The notes beneath the pieces are model-generated. The model was not told the origin of the DNA, did no database searches, and saw nothing but the letters and a program-made list of their open reading frames with translations. From an uncultured virus (IMG/VR IMGVR_UViG_3300011434_000007) (lineage: Duplodnaviria; Heunggongvirae; Uroviricota; Caudoviricetes), in the IMG/VR virus record IMGVR_UViG_3300011434_000007: a DNA stretch of 64,000 nt. One strand, 5' to 3'. Positions 36,601 through 47,097 of this stretch are shown piece after piece; position 1 is the first letter of the stretch; every line of letters begins with the position of its first letter. A program made the position numbers and the translations under genes.

Positions 36601-36879
36601 ATGCTTTACGAATACCAATGCTCTGCCTGCGGTGTGTTTGAACATCTCACGCCAGGCTTTACGGCCATTTCACAGTGTCCCACTTGTAACCGTCCAATTA
36701 AAAAGTTAATATCAAAGTCAAGCTTTCATCTCATCGGTGAGCAGTGGCCTTCTAAGGTCAGCTTTCGTAATGAGGTTAACCACATTGAAAAGGTTCTAGG
36801 TGTAGAAGAGGATCGTTTCTACAATGCGGGTTACAGGAAGTTTCCCAAGGGGCATCCTAGAGAAGGGGAACAAACGTAA
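36601..36879 (+). CDS. FmdB-like zinc-ribbon protein
   Basis: MLYEYQCSACG...CPTC...KKLIS...F.L.G..W. Confidence 0.8.
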   Translation: MLYEYQCSACGVFEHLTPGFTAISQCPTCNRPIKKLISKSSFHLIGEQWPSKVSFRNEVNHIEKVLGVEEDRFYNAGYRKFPKGHPREGEQT

Positions 36880-36888
36880 GGAGGGGTT

Positions 36889-37245
36889 ATGCATGTACTG
36901 AAATTTACGGTCGATACCACTTACAGGGGCAGCTGGAAAGAGTACCCCTATGAAGAAGTTGTTGAAGTTAAAGACAACATTGCTCTTTGCAATGCTGAGA
37001 CTTCAAAGATGTACCTTGAATACAGGGGCTTCAAGACTATCGGCCAGATCGACAATGAAACCCAGTTGGAAAAGTTCCTTAGGGATTTGAATAGACCCAA
37101 TCCCTCAGTTCAGGAACCGCCCCGAGAACCTATTTCTTACAAAGACATGTTGCAGCCCCTGCCCAATGAATTTGAAGCTGGTGGACCAAAGATAGACGTG
37201 GGCGAGACCCCACCATCTGATTTGCCTAAGTGGTGGAAGGGTTAA
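36889..37245 (+). CDS. Hypothetical protein
   Basis: AAGGAGG SD, 118 aa. Confidence 0.65.
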   Translation: MHVLKFTVDTTYRGSWKEYPYEEVVEVKDNIALCNAETSKMYLEYRGFKTIGQIDNETQLEKFLRDLNRPNPSVQEPPREPISYKDMLQPLPNEFEAGGPKIDVGETPPSDLPKWWKG

Positions 37246-38142
37246 ATGCTAAGAGGTTTCCTGCCAGGGCTCACCTTCCGTCTGGATTTTACATTCTTTG
37301 ACGACGCTGGTGATCGTCTGTCCGTAGGTAACCCTAGTGCCAATGTCTACACCCCGGAAAAGTCCATTTTTTTATCAGATCAATCTCTGACAGCTGTATC
37401 AGGTACTACTGGTAAATATGGTTTTGATTTTTATGTGCCAGTTGGCTCAACTGTAGGCAATTGGTTTGCTCTTGGTGTAGGCTACACCCAAGGTGTGACA
37501 AGTTTTTCAAGCGCTGTACCTTTTGAAGTTGTTGATGTCACTACCGAACCCTATTGGGTAAGTCTTGAAGACTTACGCAGTTATTTGTTGATTGAAGATG
37601 ATGATCACACCAAGGACAATCTCTATAAAGAATTACTTCGAGCGTCAATTCAGTTGGTAGAGGCATATACTCATCGTACTTTTGGTTTGCGCGCCTTTGA
37701 AGAACTGATCGAAATTAAGCAGACAGATAGGGTAAAACTTAAGAGATATCCCATTCTGACCATTACAGGAGCCACTCCCACTGTTCAGATAAGTCCCTAC
37801 AGTCAAACACAGCTTGTTACCCAAAGCTTGACGGGCAACATTGTTTCTTTCTTTTATCGTTTGGAAAAAGCAACAGGTATAATGAAGTTAACAGATTCCA
37901 ATGGTTTTGAGATGGTGTATAATAGCATGTTGTTGGCACTCACCTACATTGCTGGCTTTGCATCTACTCCAGAACCTATTCGTGCTGCTGTTTTGGCCTT
38001 GGCTTCTAAGTTACTTAACTTGTCGACGAGTGAAGGTATAGCTACCATACGTCTTAGTGATATTTCCTTTGCTATCGATAATAAGTTATTTGAGGGCCAT
38101 ATTGGAGATTTACTTAAGGACTATGTTGATAGGCAAATCTAG
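37246..38142 (+). CDS. Head-tail adaptor (gp6/gp15-like) with N-terminal Ig-like domain
   Basis: VSLEDLRSYL...D...LL..S...VEAYT.R.F, YIAGF...PEPIRAAVL. Confidence 0.8.
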   Translation: MLRGFLPGLTFRLDFTFFDDAGDRLSVGNPSANVYTPEKSIFLSDQSLTAVSGTTGKYGFDFYVPVGSTVGNWFALGVGYTQGVTSFSSAVPFEVVDVTTEPYWVSLEDLRSYLLIEDDDHTKDNLYKELLRASIQLVEAYTHRTFGLRAFEELIEIKQTDRVKLKRYPILTITGATPTVQISPYSQTQLVTQSLTGNIVSFFYRLEKATGIMKLTDSNGFEMVYNSMLLALTYIAGFASTPEPIRAAVLALASKLLNLSTSEGIATIRLSDISFAIDNKLFEGHIGDLLKDYVDRQI

Positions 38143-38471
38143 TGGGTATCATATCCAATTTTTTAGATCGACGTATAGATCTCTACGATATCACGACCAC
38201 CAATTCCCCTACAGGTCAGCCGCTGGAGAGTTTGGTTTTTAATCGTAAGATACGCATATTTTTTAATCCTGATAGGTCTCGTTTTTATCGCCTCTTTGAT
38301 GTAGGCCAAGTCCCAGCGGATCAATCTTTAGCCATTTCTGAATTAAGAACTGTTGAAAACCAAGTCTTGGTAGTTGACGGTACGCGATGGAGAATCGTAA
38401 GATCAAAGCCAGCAGTCTTTAAGACGCGCACATTGGCTTACATAATGATTCTTGAACGCTACCAGCACTAA
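38142..38471 (+). CDS. Head closure protein (gp16-like)
   Basis: Follows the adaptor. Beta-rich, TGQP and VVDGTRWRIV. Confidence 0.65.
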   Translation: MGIISNFLDRRIDLYDITTTNSPTGQPLESLVFNRKIRIFFNPDRSRFYRLFDVGQVPADQSLAISELRTVENQVLVVDGTRWRIVRSKPAVFKTRTLAYIMILERYQH

Positions 38472-38482
38472 CGAGGCACTCA

Positions 38483-40078
38483 ATGGCTAACAACCTCATT
38501 TGCGGGTTTCTAAAACTACGCAATGGCATTTTACGCGGTAGTAATCTTTATAGGGTCTTGCGTAACATGCAGGATTACTGCGATGATGTTTTCATCGTAG
38601 ATGATGCCAGCTTTGATGGTACCTATGAGTATCTCAAAAAACACATTGTTCCCGAAGATCGTATTCTTCGTGTACCCCTAGATCAACATGATTTCGCCCA
38701 AGAGTTACACTGGAAACAGCAGCTCATTGAACGCGTCCACACTGATGGTCCCTATGAATATATCCTGTGGATGGACGATGATGAGGTCTTGGATGCAAAA
38801 GGAACTGCTGGAATACGTGACTTCTGCCGTAACAATCTTAGTAGTAAGCTTGATGTGTGGTCCTTTCATTATACACAGGTGTGGCGGAATACTGAATACG
38901 CCCGAGTTGATGAGGGTTTTGACGATGGCTGGTTTTATAAGCTCTGGCGGTACTTCCCAGATCTCAGTTTCAGTGTTTCACATGGCACTCACAAAGCCCA
39001 ATTTCCGAGTCAAATACACAATAAGTTAACTTCGGGCCGTGCTGGCCAGGCTCCGTTTGAGGTCATCCACTACGGAAATGCAGGCATTAATCTTCGCATG
39101 AAGTGTATTCAATACTATGGGGGTCTTGGCGGAGTAGATCGTCACTTACATTTTGAGAAAGGAATTTTCCGCAAGGTATCGCAGGACATCTTCCCAGATG
39201 GCGCAGAATTGATTCCCGGTGGTAAACCTGAACCATTTACATCTGAACAATGTGAACGTATATTATCTCTAAAAAATCTGAAGCATCTGGAAAAGACTTT
39301 TGCTGTTATCTTGCCCACCTACAACAGAGCCAGTACGCTCCCCAGGGCTCTAGATTCCTTGTTGGCACAGACTTACGATAAGTGGGTTTGTTTTGTTCTT
39401 GATGATGGCTCAACAGATAACACGGCTGATACTGTTAATGCTTATGTTGAAAAAGATCCTCGTATCTTTTATTTAAGGTATCATGAAAATCGTGGCGGCG
39501 TAGCAATGAACGAAATTGGTATGGAAATAGCCGTCAATACTTGTGAATGGTGGACACGCCTGGGTTCAGATGATTGGTTTATTTCCGATAAACTAGAACT
39601 TGATGCCAAAGCTTTTGAGACTGCTGAAGCCGTTTACGGGCCTTTTGTGGTACACCGTAATGGTGCTTTTAATGAAGTTGGCAATATGCCTTGCCCTTCT
39701 GACATTGTTCTTCCTGGATTCTTGAAGCAGGGCTTTTTTGCTTCCTGGGCCAACTGTGCTGTTAAGTCCTCTGTACTAGTTCGTGTAAAGTCTAAGTTTG
39801 GTTCTTATTGTGATCCAGAGTTGCAGAACATGGAAGATCGCCTCTTTAACTTCAGGGTTGCCAAGTTGGTTTCTTGGGTGTGGCGTGGGACTTGTAATGA
39901 GGAACTTATTATCAATCCAAGTTTGGAAGCCTGCAAAGTCATCATGAGCAGGCCAACTCAAATTAAGCCTGATGGTGTTTGGAATGTTAATCAGATAGGT
40001 GCTTCAGCTAATAGTGACGTTTACAATCGAGATAGTGGAGTTACAACTCGTATCATTGAAAAAGAAAAGGATCTTTAA
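38483..40078 (+). CDS. Two-domain GT-A glycosyltransferase (GT2-like)
   Basis: VDDASFDGT, WMDDDE. Second domain ILPTYNRA, LDDGSTDNT, LGSDD, MED. Confidence 0.9.
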   Translation: MANNLICGFLKLRNGILRGSNLYRVLRNMQDYCDDVFIVDDASFDGTYEYLKKHIVPEDRILRVPLDQHDFAQELHWKQQLIERVHTDGPYEYILWMDDDEVLDAKGTAGIRDFCRNNLSSKLDVWSFHYTQVWRNTEYARVDEGFDDGWFYKLWRYFPDLSFSVSHGTHKAQFPSQIHNKLTSGRAGQAPFEVIHYGNAGINLRMKCIQYYGGLGGVDRHLHFEKGIFRKVSQDIFPDGAELIPGGKPEPFTSEQCERILSLKNLKHLEKTFAVILPTYNRASTLPRALDSLLAQTYDKWVCFVLDDGSTDNTADTVNAYVEKDPRIFYLRYHENRGGVAMNEIGMEIAVNTCEWWTRLGSDDWFISDKLELDAKAFETAEAVYGPFVVHRNGAFNEVGNMPCPSDIVLPGFLKQGFFASWANCAVKSSVLVRVKSKFGSYCDPELQNMEDRLFNFRVAKLVSWVWRGTCNEELIINPSLEACKVIMSRPTQIKPDGVWNVNQIGASANSDVYNRDSGVTTRIIEKEKDL

Positions 40079-40743
40079 TGGATTACGAAGAACGGACACG
40101 TATCTCTTGGGCAAGGGCAGCCACCTTTCCTAGTAATAAGGAAGAGGTTTATCCCGATCACAAGATCGTACAAGAGTTTGATCTTATCCATGGCAAGACA
40201 GTTTTAGAATACGGCTGCGGTGCGGGATCAGACGCTATCAGTTATCTTAGACGTGGCAATCAGGTGGTGGCTACTGATATAGTGGCTGCTAATATTGAAA
40301 GAACAAAGTCTAACATTGCCCTGTACAATTTGTCTCGTGCTGCTAGCGTTATTAAACTTGATGTTTCACACCCTCTTCCTTTTGGCAATGAACTTTTTGA
40401 TGTTGTTAGCAGCCATGGCGTTATTCATCACATCAAAGAAGGACCTAAGGTTGTGGAAGAGTTTTACCGCGTACTCAAGCATGGGGGTTTTTGTTATCTC
40501 ATGCTTTATACAGAGTACATGTATGACTACTTCTTAGAAACCATTAATAATCTTGTTGAGACTCGAGGTATTTCAAAGGAAGAAGCCTTCTGTTGGTGTT
40601 CGGATGGAGAAGGAGCACCTTATGCCGTTCCCTATAGCGAAGAAGAAGGTAACAGCATGCTTAAAGCAGCTGGCTTCAGGGTAGTGATTAGTACCTTGTG
40701 GTTAAATGACCATTTTAGAACGTTCAAAGCTATTAAAGATTAG
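40078..40743 (+). CDS. Class I SAM-dependent methyltransferase
   Basis: VLEYGCGAG, LPFG...FDVV, VIHH, RVLKHGG. Confidence 0.9.
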   Translation: MDYEERTRISWARAATFPSNKEEVYPDHKIVQEFDLIHGKTVLEYGCGAGSDAISYLRRGNQVVATDIVAANIERTKSNIALYNLSRAASVIKLDVSHPLPFGNELFDVVSSHGVIHHIKEGPKVVEEFYRVLKHGGFCYLMLYTEYMYDYFLETINNLVETRGISKEEAFCWCSDGEGAPYAVPYSEEEGNSMLKAAGFRVVISTLWLNDHFRTFKAIKD

Positions 40744-40752
40744 GAGAACAAT

Positions 40753-41568
40753 ATGGACTGGCATCTATCGCGTATCCCGAAAAAAGCGTATTTTTATTGG
40801 GGTACTGAACTGTTTCCCTGGATACGCTATGTCTCATTAGAGACTTTCGTCAAGCATCATCCTGATTGGGAAGTGTTTCTTTATGTTAAACCCTCCTTGG
40901 ATCGTGTACCTGAAGATACTGACAAATCCGATAACTGCTGGAGCAAAGTAGAAGCTCTTGGAGTTAAGATCGTGGAACTTGATATTGAAAAGCACCTGGG
41001 TGTTGACTTCCCAGCTAAGTACATTACGATTTACGCTGACATTTTCCGTTACATTGTTCTCGGTCAAACAGGTGGTTTCTACGCGGATACGGATATGCTT
41101 TTTTTTCGTGCTCTGGAACAGAGCCCCTTCAATAATCCTGGTTACGAAGGCAAAGATGTTTTCATGCTTCCGCCGCCATATCATCATTTCCTTTGGGGAG
41201 TAAAGGACGCCAGTTGGTGGAAAAAGGTTCTTGATTACCAAGTTAATCATTTACCCCACGAAGGCAGCCGTTTTCTTGACACTACAGCATGTACATGTTA
41301 CATCCCACAGTCATATAATGACAGAATTCAAATTCTACCCATGACGACTTGTGAAGAGAATTTCAACGCTAACGGTCCTGTTGATGTAAACGCCATTGCA
41401 CTCAATTGGCATGGCTCTGGCACTTATGGTAAGTACCGCGCCGTTAATGAACAGAACTACATGGAATCAGATCATCCATTGGCCGCCTGTGTACGTTTCT
41501 GTTTGACTGGTGCAATGGGTCCGGCTTCTGGCATAGGCTCATTTCAGTGGATTAATAGAGGCGAGTAA
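40753..41568 (+). CDS. DxD glycosyltransferase (GT32/Gly_transf_sug-like)
   Basis: RIPKKAYFYWG, HPDWEV, ADIFRY...GGFYADTD. Confidence 0.85.
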   Translation: MDWHLSRIPKKAYFYWGTELFPWIRYVSLETFVKHHPDWEVFLYVKPSLDRVPEDTDKSDNCWSKVEALGVKIVELDIEKHLGVDFPAKYITIYADIFRYIVLGQTGGFYADTDMLFFRALEQSPFNNPGYEGKDVFMLPPPYHHFLWGVKDASWWKKVLDYQVNHLPHEGSRFLDTTACTCYIPQSYNDRIQILPMTTCEENFNANGPVDVNAIALNWHGSGTYGKYRAVNEQNYMESDHPLAACVRFCLTGAMGPASGIGSFQWINRGE

Positions 41569-41571
41569 ACG

Positions 41572-42636
41572 GTGCGCATTCTGATCACAGGTTCCTCAGG
41601 CTTGATCGGTTCTGAGGCAGTTGAATACTTTGATAAATTTCCGGGAGTTGAAATCATCGGTATCGATAACAACTCCCGGAAAGAGTTTTTTGGTGAAGAG
41701 GGTGACACTTCCTGGAATCTTAAGCGCTTACAGGAAATCACTAGTAATTTTAAATCAGCGGACATGGACATTAGAGATCGTGGAAAGATCTTTGATTTGT
41801 TTGTTAATAAGAAGTTTGATTTAATTTTACACTTTGCAGCTCAGCCTGCCCACGATTATTCTTTCAAATATCCTCTGAGAGACTTTGATGTTAACTGTAA
41901 CGGCACGGTTAACCTGCTTGAAGCAACTCGGGTACATTGTCCTAAGGCCACTTTTATATACACATCAACCAGTAAGGTTTACGGTGATTCTGTTAATGAA
42001 AAACCTATGGTCGAATTAGAAAAACGGTATGAGTATAGTGACCCTCTTGATTGGTTGGGCATTTCTGAAAAGCAACGCATTGATCAAAATATGCATAGTG
42101 TCTTTGGGGCTTCTAAGACTGCTGCCGATATCATGGTACAGGAATACGGCAAGTACTTTGGGTTGTATACTGCTTGTTTGAGGGGTGCATGCCTCACAGG
42201 AGGCAAGCATTCAGGTGTAGAACTTCATGGCTATCTTTCATATCTCGTTAAGTGTGTTTTAGAACAACGTGAATACCAAGTGTATGGTTATAAAGGTAAA
42301 CAGGTCAGAGATAACATTCACAGTTATGATGTTGTGCACGCCTGTCTTATGATTTATGAATACGGCCGCACGCAGGAACGTTGTGGTGAAGTTTATAACC
42401 TAGGTTCTGGTAGAAATAATAGCGTGTCAGTTCTTGAAGCTTTTGATATTGTGGAAGCCATGACAGGCATGAAGCCCATCTATAAGATGCATGAGGGTAA
42501 TCGTACTGGTGATCATATCATCTTCATTGCAGATATTACTAAGTTTCAACAACATTACCGCACGTGGGTACCTGTTTATAATCTTGAACGTATTTTTGAA
42601 GATATCATTAATGGACATAGAGCACGTAGCAAATGA
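41572..42636 (+). CDS. NAD-dependent NDP-sugar epimerase/dehydratase (CDP-paratose 2-epimerase-like)
   Basis: ITGSSGLIG, HFAAQP, STSKVYG, FGASK, GKQVRDNIH, YNLG. Confidence 0.88.
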   Translation: MRILITGSSGLIGSEAVEYFDKFPGVEIIGIDNNSRKEFFGEEGDTSWNLKRLQEITSNFKSADMDIRDRGKIFDLFVNKKFDLILHFAAQPAHDYSFKYPLRDFDVNCNGTVNLLEATRVHCPKATFIYTSTSKVYGDSVNEKPMVELEKRYEYSDPLDWLGISEKQRIDQNMHSVFGASKTAADIMVQEYGKYFGLYTACLRGACLTGGKHSGVELHGYLSYLVKCVLEQREYQVYGYKGKQVRDNIHSYDVVHACLMIYEYGRTQERCGEVYNLGSGRNNSVSVLEAFDIVEAMTGMKPIYKMHEGNRTGDHIIFIADITKFQQHYRTWVPVYNLERIFEDIINGHRARSK

Positions 42637-43598
42637 GAGTCGTTTGGATCAGTTGGCCTGGCGAAGGGGAACATGATGTCTTTATTGCCTGTCGTCAAGC
42701 TGGGATAGATATAAAACACTTTGCGATTGCTCAAGGTCACTTGTTTGGTTCAGCAATGGAAGTGGAATTTATTAGTATTGGGGATATAGCCAATGTTTGC
42801 AATAATACACCCGCGGATCTTTACATACTCCGTTACCCCCAACAAAATTGGACACTGCCACATGACATGTCCAAAGTGGTTTATTGGGCGTCTGAACAAG
42901 GTCCTACTCGTCCCTATGTAGAGGCTACCATAGGTCGTTTTCAGAACGTGGCTGTAAATAATCAAGTAGACGTGGCTTACTTCAAGGCTCAGTATCCTGG
43001 TAAGCGTATCTTTTATTTACCCTTTGGTGGGTACAAGCAAGTTCCTCATGTGGCCAATGATGATGCCCATGATTTTATAGTCACGGCGAATTGTCACTAT
43101 GCTTGTCGTTGTGAAAGCAGTCTGAGACGTTTGAGTGTTGAAAGAATGGTTATACCTCTGCTTAAAGATTACGATATTACAATCTATGGCGGTGGCTCTG
43201 ATATCCATGCTTGGGATCAGATTGAAGTAGCTATTTCACGATACGCTGGTAGATTTCATCACTGGCAGTATGGGGAAATTCTTAAACGTGGTCGTATGTA
43301 TGTGGGCATCACTTGGAATTGGCAGCATGGTGGTTACGGTATCCAACTAGCTCGTGCACTGGCGGCAGGTATTCCTGTTATGTGGTCGTACACCGCAGGC
43401 ATGCACATGGATGGTCTTGTATCAGGTGAACATCTGGCTGTTTCTAATGATGCTACTCAAACTGTGAGTTTAGCTGACTATTACACTTCACACCCTAAAG
43501 AACTTGTTGAGTTAGGCAACCGCGGCCAAGAGTGGTTCAATAATAACTGGCGCTGGGATCTTAATATTCGTCGTTTAGTAGAAGAAGTAAATTCCTAG
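42633..43598 (+). CDS. GT-B glycosyltransferase-like protein (CgeB/Glyco_trans_1_2-like)
   Basis: FYLPFG, ALAAGIPV, GEHL...YY..HP.E..ELG.RG.E....W.W C-terminal signature. Confidence 0.7.
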   Translation: MRVVWISWPGEGEHDVFIACRQAGIDIKHFAIAQGHLFGSAMEVEFISIGDIANVCNNTPADLYILRYPQQNWTLPHDMSKVVYWASEQGPTRPYVEATIGRFQNVAVNNQVDVAYFKAQYPGKRIFYLPFGGYKQVPHVANDDAHDFIVTANCHYACRCESSLRRLSVERMVIPLLKDYDITIYGGGSDIHAWDQIEVAISRYAGRFHHWQYGEILKRGRMYVGITWNWQHGGYGIQLARALAAGIPVMWSYTAGMHMDGLVSGEHLAVSNDATQTVSLADYYTSHPKELVELGNRGQEWFNNNWRWDLNIRRLVEEVNS

Positions 43599-43599
43599 T

Positions 43600-44196
43600 A
43601 TGGATACCACACACATACCTGTTCTTCTTCTACTTCCAGTTTTGCTCTCTGTACGGAGGGCCTTAGAACTCGGCTCAGGTGAATTAAGTACTTTTGTTAT
43701 TTCAAATCCTGACTATTATCCTCTGCTAGAGCACTTTATCACGTGTGAAAATGCTGCAGAAGACTACATGCCTCAGCTTGCAACTCACTTACGTCCTGGT
43801 CATCAGGCAATAAGGTCATCTCAGAAGATGGTTCACATAGTAGCAGGCCTGGATTTAAGTGGTTATGATTTAATTTTTATTGATGATTCTACAGGATTGG
43901 AAGATAGAGTTCAAACAATTTCAAATATTACAAGTCGTGTAGGTTCACATTCTGTAATTGCGGTTCATGATTTTGAACACATTGAGTATCAAAATGCAGT
44001 TCAGGGCGTATTCAATAAGTTCATATTTGATTTTGCGCTACCTTACACAGGTATTTTGTGGCAGGAAGCATCCTTAGATGTTTCTAAGTTTCAGGAGTAT
44101 AATGTATTAATGTGCCATCTCTATACATCTTGTGGCGTGACCCCCGCAGAATATTACCATAACTACCTAAAGAGGGTTTTAAAGTGGATGACATAG
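43600..44196 (+). CDS. Methyltransferase-fold protein
   Basis: THIPVL, ALELGSG..ST, YDLIFID, IAVHD. Confidence 0.7.
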   Translation: MDTTHIPVLLLLPVLLSVRRALELGSGELSTFVISNPDYYPLLEHFITCENAAEDYMPQLATHLRPGHQAIRSSQKMVHIVAGLDLSGYDLIFIDDSTGLEDRVQTISNITSRVGSHSVIAVHDFEHIEYQNAVQGVFNKFIFDFALPYTGILWQEASLDVSKFQEYNVLMCHLYTSCGVTPAEYYHNYLKRVLKWMT

Positions 44197-44786
44197 AAGC
44201 TTTGGTTGTGTCTTGGTATTCACGCCCAGATATGTGGGAAGCTAACTCTCAGACCTATCCCAAATCCCCTGGTTACATTGACTGTAGGCTATTGGATGTT
44301 CAGTCAATGGTAGTGAATAAAGATGTACTTAATGTAGGTTGCTGCTTTCCCAGTGATGAGTTACAGTTCAGTCATGATGCACGAAAATGGGTTGCCATTG
44401 ATTTTTCATCTACAATTGTGAGTAGATGCCAGGCAACTATTCAAAGACCCAACCTTGAATTTGTGCATATGAACATGCGTGATTTGAAGTTTCCATCCTT
44501 ATCTTTTGATACCGTACTAGACTTTTCATCAGGGGATCATGTCTGTGAAGAAGACTACAGGGCTACCCTTACTGAGATTTACAGGGTATTACGTCCTAGC
44601 GGGCATTTCATAGTCACCTATGCGAATCTTAATGTTTTTAAGATAAAGGATAACTATGGCGATTTTGGTTATTGGCGTTGTGCCTCTCCTGAAGAAATGC
44701 GTGAGATGGTTGAGGTCGCTGGCTTCAAAGTAATCAGGGAAGAGGATCCCACTGCTGACAGAGCAGGTCTCGTTGCATTGAAATAA
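44184..44786 (+). CDS. Class I SAM-dependent methyltransferase
   Basis: VLNVGC, IDFS, LKFP..SFDTV, EIYRVLRPSG. Confidence 0.85.
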   Translation: MDDIEALVVSWYSRPDMWEANSQTYPKSPGYIDCRLLDVQSMVVNKDVLNVGCCFPSDELQFSHDARKWVAIDFSSTIVSRCQATIQRPNLEFVHMNMRDLKFPSLSFDTVLDFSSGDHVCEEDYRATLTEIYRVLRPSGHFIVTYANLNVFKIKDNYGDFGYWRCASPEEMREMVEVAGFKVIREEDPTADRAGLVALK

Positions 44787-44859
44787 GGAATGTGCAGTAT
44801 CACCACTACTTTTTTTAAGATTAGTCAATAAGGAATGCAATTCGCAAGATGTGATCTTG

Positions 44860-46152
44860 ATGGAAAAAACTATTGTAATTCACGGGCTGGGCTATGTTGG
44901 ACTAACAGCTGCAATACACTATGCAGAAGCTGGTTGGCGAGTCATAGGCTACGATCCTGATGCACGCACAGTGTTAGGTATCAATGCAGGCACACCACGC
45001 GCTCAGGATTTTCTAGAGTATCTCCAGACAGACGTAAAACGCTTAGTTGATAGTGGTATGTTGCATGCTACCAGTGTACTTAACAGTGAGGTCTTGAGTT
45101 GTCCAGTACATTCTGTCGCTGTTCCTACTGAGAAGGTAGGCGAACCATTTGATGATATTATTATAACCGCAGTTACTACGCTTGTCCAAGCTGTTAATGC
45201 TCCTAAACCTTTGATTATTATTGAGAGCACGCTTTCACCCGGGACAGTTGATCGTATTCTTGCAGCCGGTGGCAAAATGGCAGGTCTTGATTTTAATTTA
45301 GCGGTTTGTCCGCGGCGTGATTGGTTTGCTGATCGTAAAAAGAATCTTGCCACTCTGCCTCGTGTGGTTGGTGGTGTAACTGAAGAATGTACTCAGCGAG
45401 CCATGCGGTTACTTGAACAGGTGACGTCTCGAGATTTGTTATTGCCGACTACTTATTCGGTTGCTGAACTATGTAAAGCACTTGAAAATGCCTTATTACA
45501 TGTTCAGGTAATGTTCGCACAGGAAGTTTCAGTTCTTTTGCATGATAAAAATGTGAGTGAAGCACTGCGTCTAGCTGGCACTCACTGGCGATTATCTCAA
45601 TTGCATTTAGGTATTGGCACTGGTGGCAGGTGTGTACCTTTAGGTACCAAATATCTGGTAAATGCCATGAAGCAGAATGGTTATGATTCGCCCATTGGTG
45701 GTGCTGCCATACGTTTGGATAAGAATATGCGCGTGGTTATCGCTGAACAAGTTGCCCGCCACTTGGAAGGCTATGAGGAAAAAAGTTTAATACTAGGAAT
45801 TGGTTATAGGCCTGATTTCAAAGATGCAGGCTTATCTCCAGGTCTTGCAGTTGTTAAACACCTACGCACTAGTAGGATTCAAGTGTCACTGTGTGATCCA
45901 CTTTGGACCCCAGGTGAATTGGAAGTTTTGTCTCCTGATACACCTATAGCTTTTCAGCCCAATGCCATGTTCAAGGTTGTAATACTAGCAACGGCGCACA
46001 CTGCCTTTCTAAATTTTCCACTAGATCCTAGTTTATGGGGTAGGGGTCAATACGTACTTGATTGTACTGGCGCTTGGTCTAAGCATCGTGAACTATTTAA
46101 AGTCTACGGTGTTGACTATCATGTTATTGGAGAACCTGATTGGCTTACATAG
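44860..46152 (+). CDS. NDP-sugar 6-dehydrogenase (WecC/WbpA-like)
   Basis: GLGYVG, VAVPT, ESTLSPGT, RVVGG, KALEN, GTGGRCVP (catalytic Cys), ATAH. Confidence 0.88.
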   Translation: MEKTIVIHGLGYVGLTAAIHYAEAGWRVIGYDPDARTVLGINAGTPRAQDFLEYLQTDVKRLVDSGMLHATSVLNSEVLSCPVHSVAVPTEKVGEPFDDIIITAVTTLVQAVNAPKPLIIIESTLSPGTVDRILAAGGKMAGLDFNLAVCPRRDWFADRKKNLATLPRVVGGVTEECTQRAMRLLEQVTSRDLLLPTTYSVAELCKALENALLHVQVMFAQEVSVLLHDKNVSEALRLAGTHWRLSQLHLGIGTGGRCVPLGTKYLVNAMKQNGYDSPIGGAAIRLDKNMRVVIAEQVARHLEGYEEKSLILGIGYRPDFKDAGLSPGLAVVKHLRTSRIQVSLCDPLWTPGELEVLSPDTPIAFQPNAMFKVVILATAHTAFLNFPLDPSLWGRGQYVLDCTGAWSKHRELFKVYGVDYHVIGEPDWLT

Positions 46153-46159
46153 AGGGAAC

Positions 46160-47095
46160 ATGCGAATCTTAATAACAGGCTCGATGGGTTTCATAGGTTC
46201 AGTTTTAACTCAACGAGCTCTTGATAATGGTCATAGTATAATTGCTCTTGACAATGGAGATAGGGGATTAAACAAAGTCAAGAGATCGCAGATGCATTTA
46301 ATGCTTGCAAAGAGGGATTGTCGTGGAGGAATTTCAGATATCCTTGAACGTTATCCCTGTGATGCAATTGTTCATTTAGCTGCTGGAACAGGTAGTTTAA
46401 GTCGACCTTATGAAGAGCTTATAGATTTGAATATCAACATGACACAGACTCTTTATAGGGACGCATGTGCTTATAAGGTACCTGCGTTTGTGTTTCCGAT
46501 GACATCGTTGTCGCTGGATTCAGATCTCAAAGATGCCCCCTATGTTAAGAGTAAGCAGGACGGCATGGATTGGTTGCTTGGGCAGAAGGGTGCAACTCGA
46601 GTTATCCCTTTCATGTTTTGTAATCAAGCAGGTGGCTACAAAGGATTGACTGAGTATCGAAGAAAAGAAGTTCATATCGGGCCGACGATGTTATATTGCT
46701 ATTTAAAGAAGGTACCCTTTGTCATCAATGGCAATGATTACAACACTCCTGACGGGACCCCAGCACGAGATTACGTTAATGTTGTTAATACGGCGGATTT
46801 CATTCTCAATGAAATTCTTTCAAACATTATTGGCATCAAGGGACCGTATACAAGTCCAATCTTTTTGGGTACTGGTGAAATAACCACAACATTGCAATTG
46901 GTTGAATATTTTAGAGAAGTAATCGGACCTCTCGAAGTTCAGATCGGTCCTCGGCGAGCCTTTGATACTGGGTTCATTCAGTGCACTTCTTCTGCCCTCA
47001 AAGACTTTTGTGGGGATCGGTTGATTTACGCGAAGAAGACTTACACTGAGGAATGGACTACTCTCTTAGAATTACTGTTACCAAGTCATCCTTGA
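46160..47095 (+). CDS. GalE-like NDP-sugar epimerase
   Basis: GAGGGA SD with ATG 46160. ITGSMGFIGS, VHLAA, PYVKSK, GNDYNTPDGT..RDYV. Confidence 0.85.
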   Translation: MRILITGSMGFIGSVLTQRALDNGHSIIALDNGDRGLNKVKRSQMHLMLAKRDCRGGISDILERYPCDAIVHLAAGTGSLSRPYEELIDLNINMTQTLYRDACAYKVPAFVFPMTSLSLDSDLKDAPYVKSKQDGMDWLLGQKGATRVIPFMFCNQAGGYKGLTEYRRKEVHIGPTMLYCYLKKVPFVINGNDYNTPDGTPARDYVNVVNTADFILNEILSNIIGIKGPYTSPIFLGTGEITTTLQLVEYFREVIGPLEVQIGPRRAFDTGFIQCTSSALKDFCGDRLIYAKKTYTEEWTTLLELLLPSHP

Positions 47096-47097
47096 AT

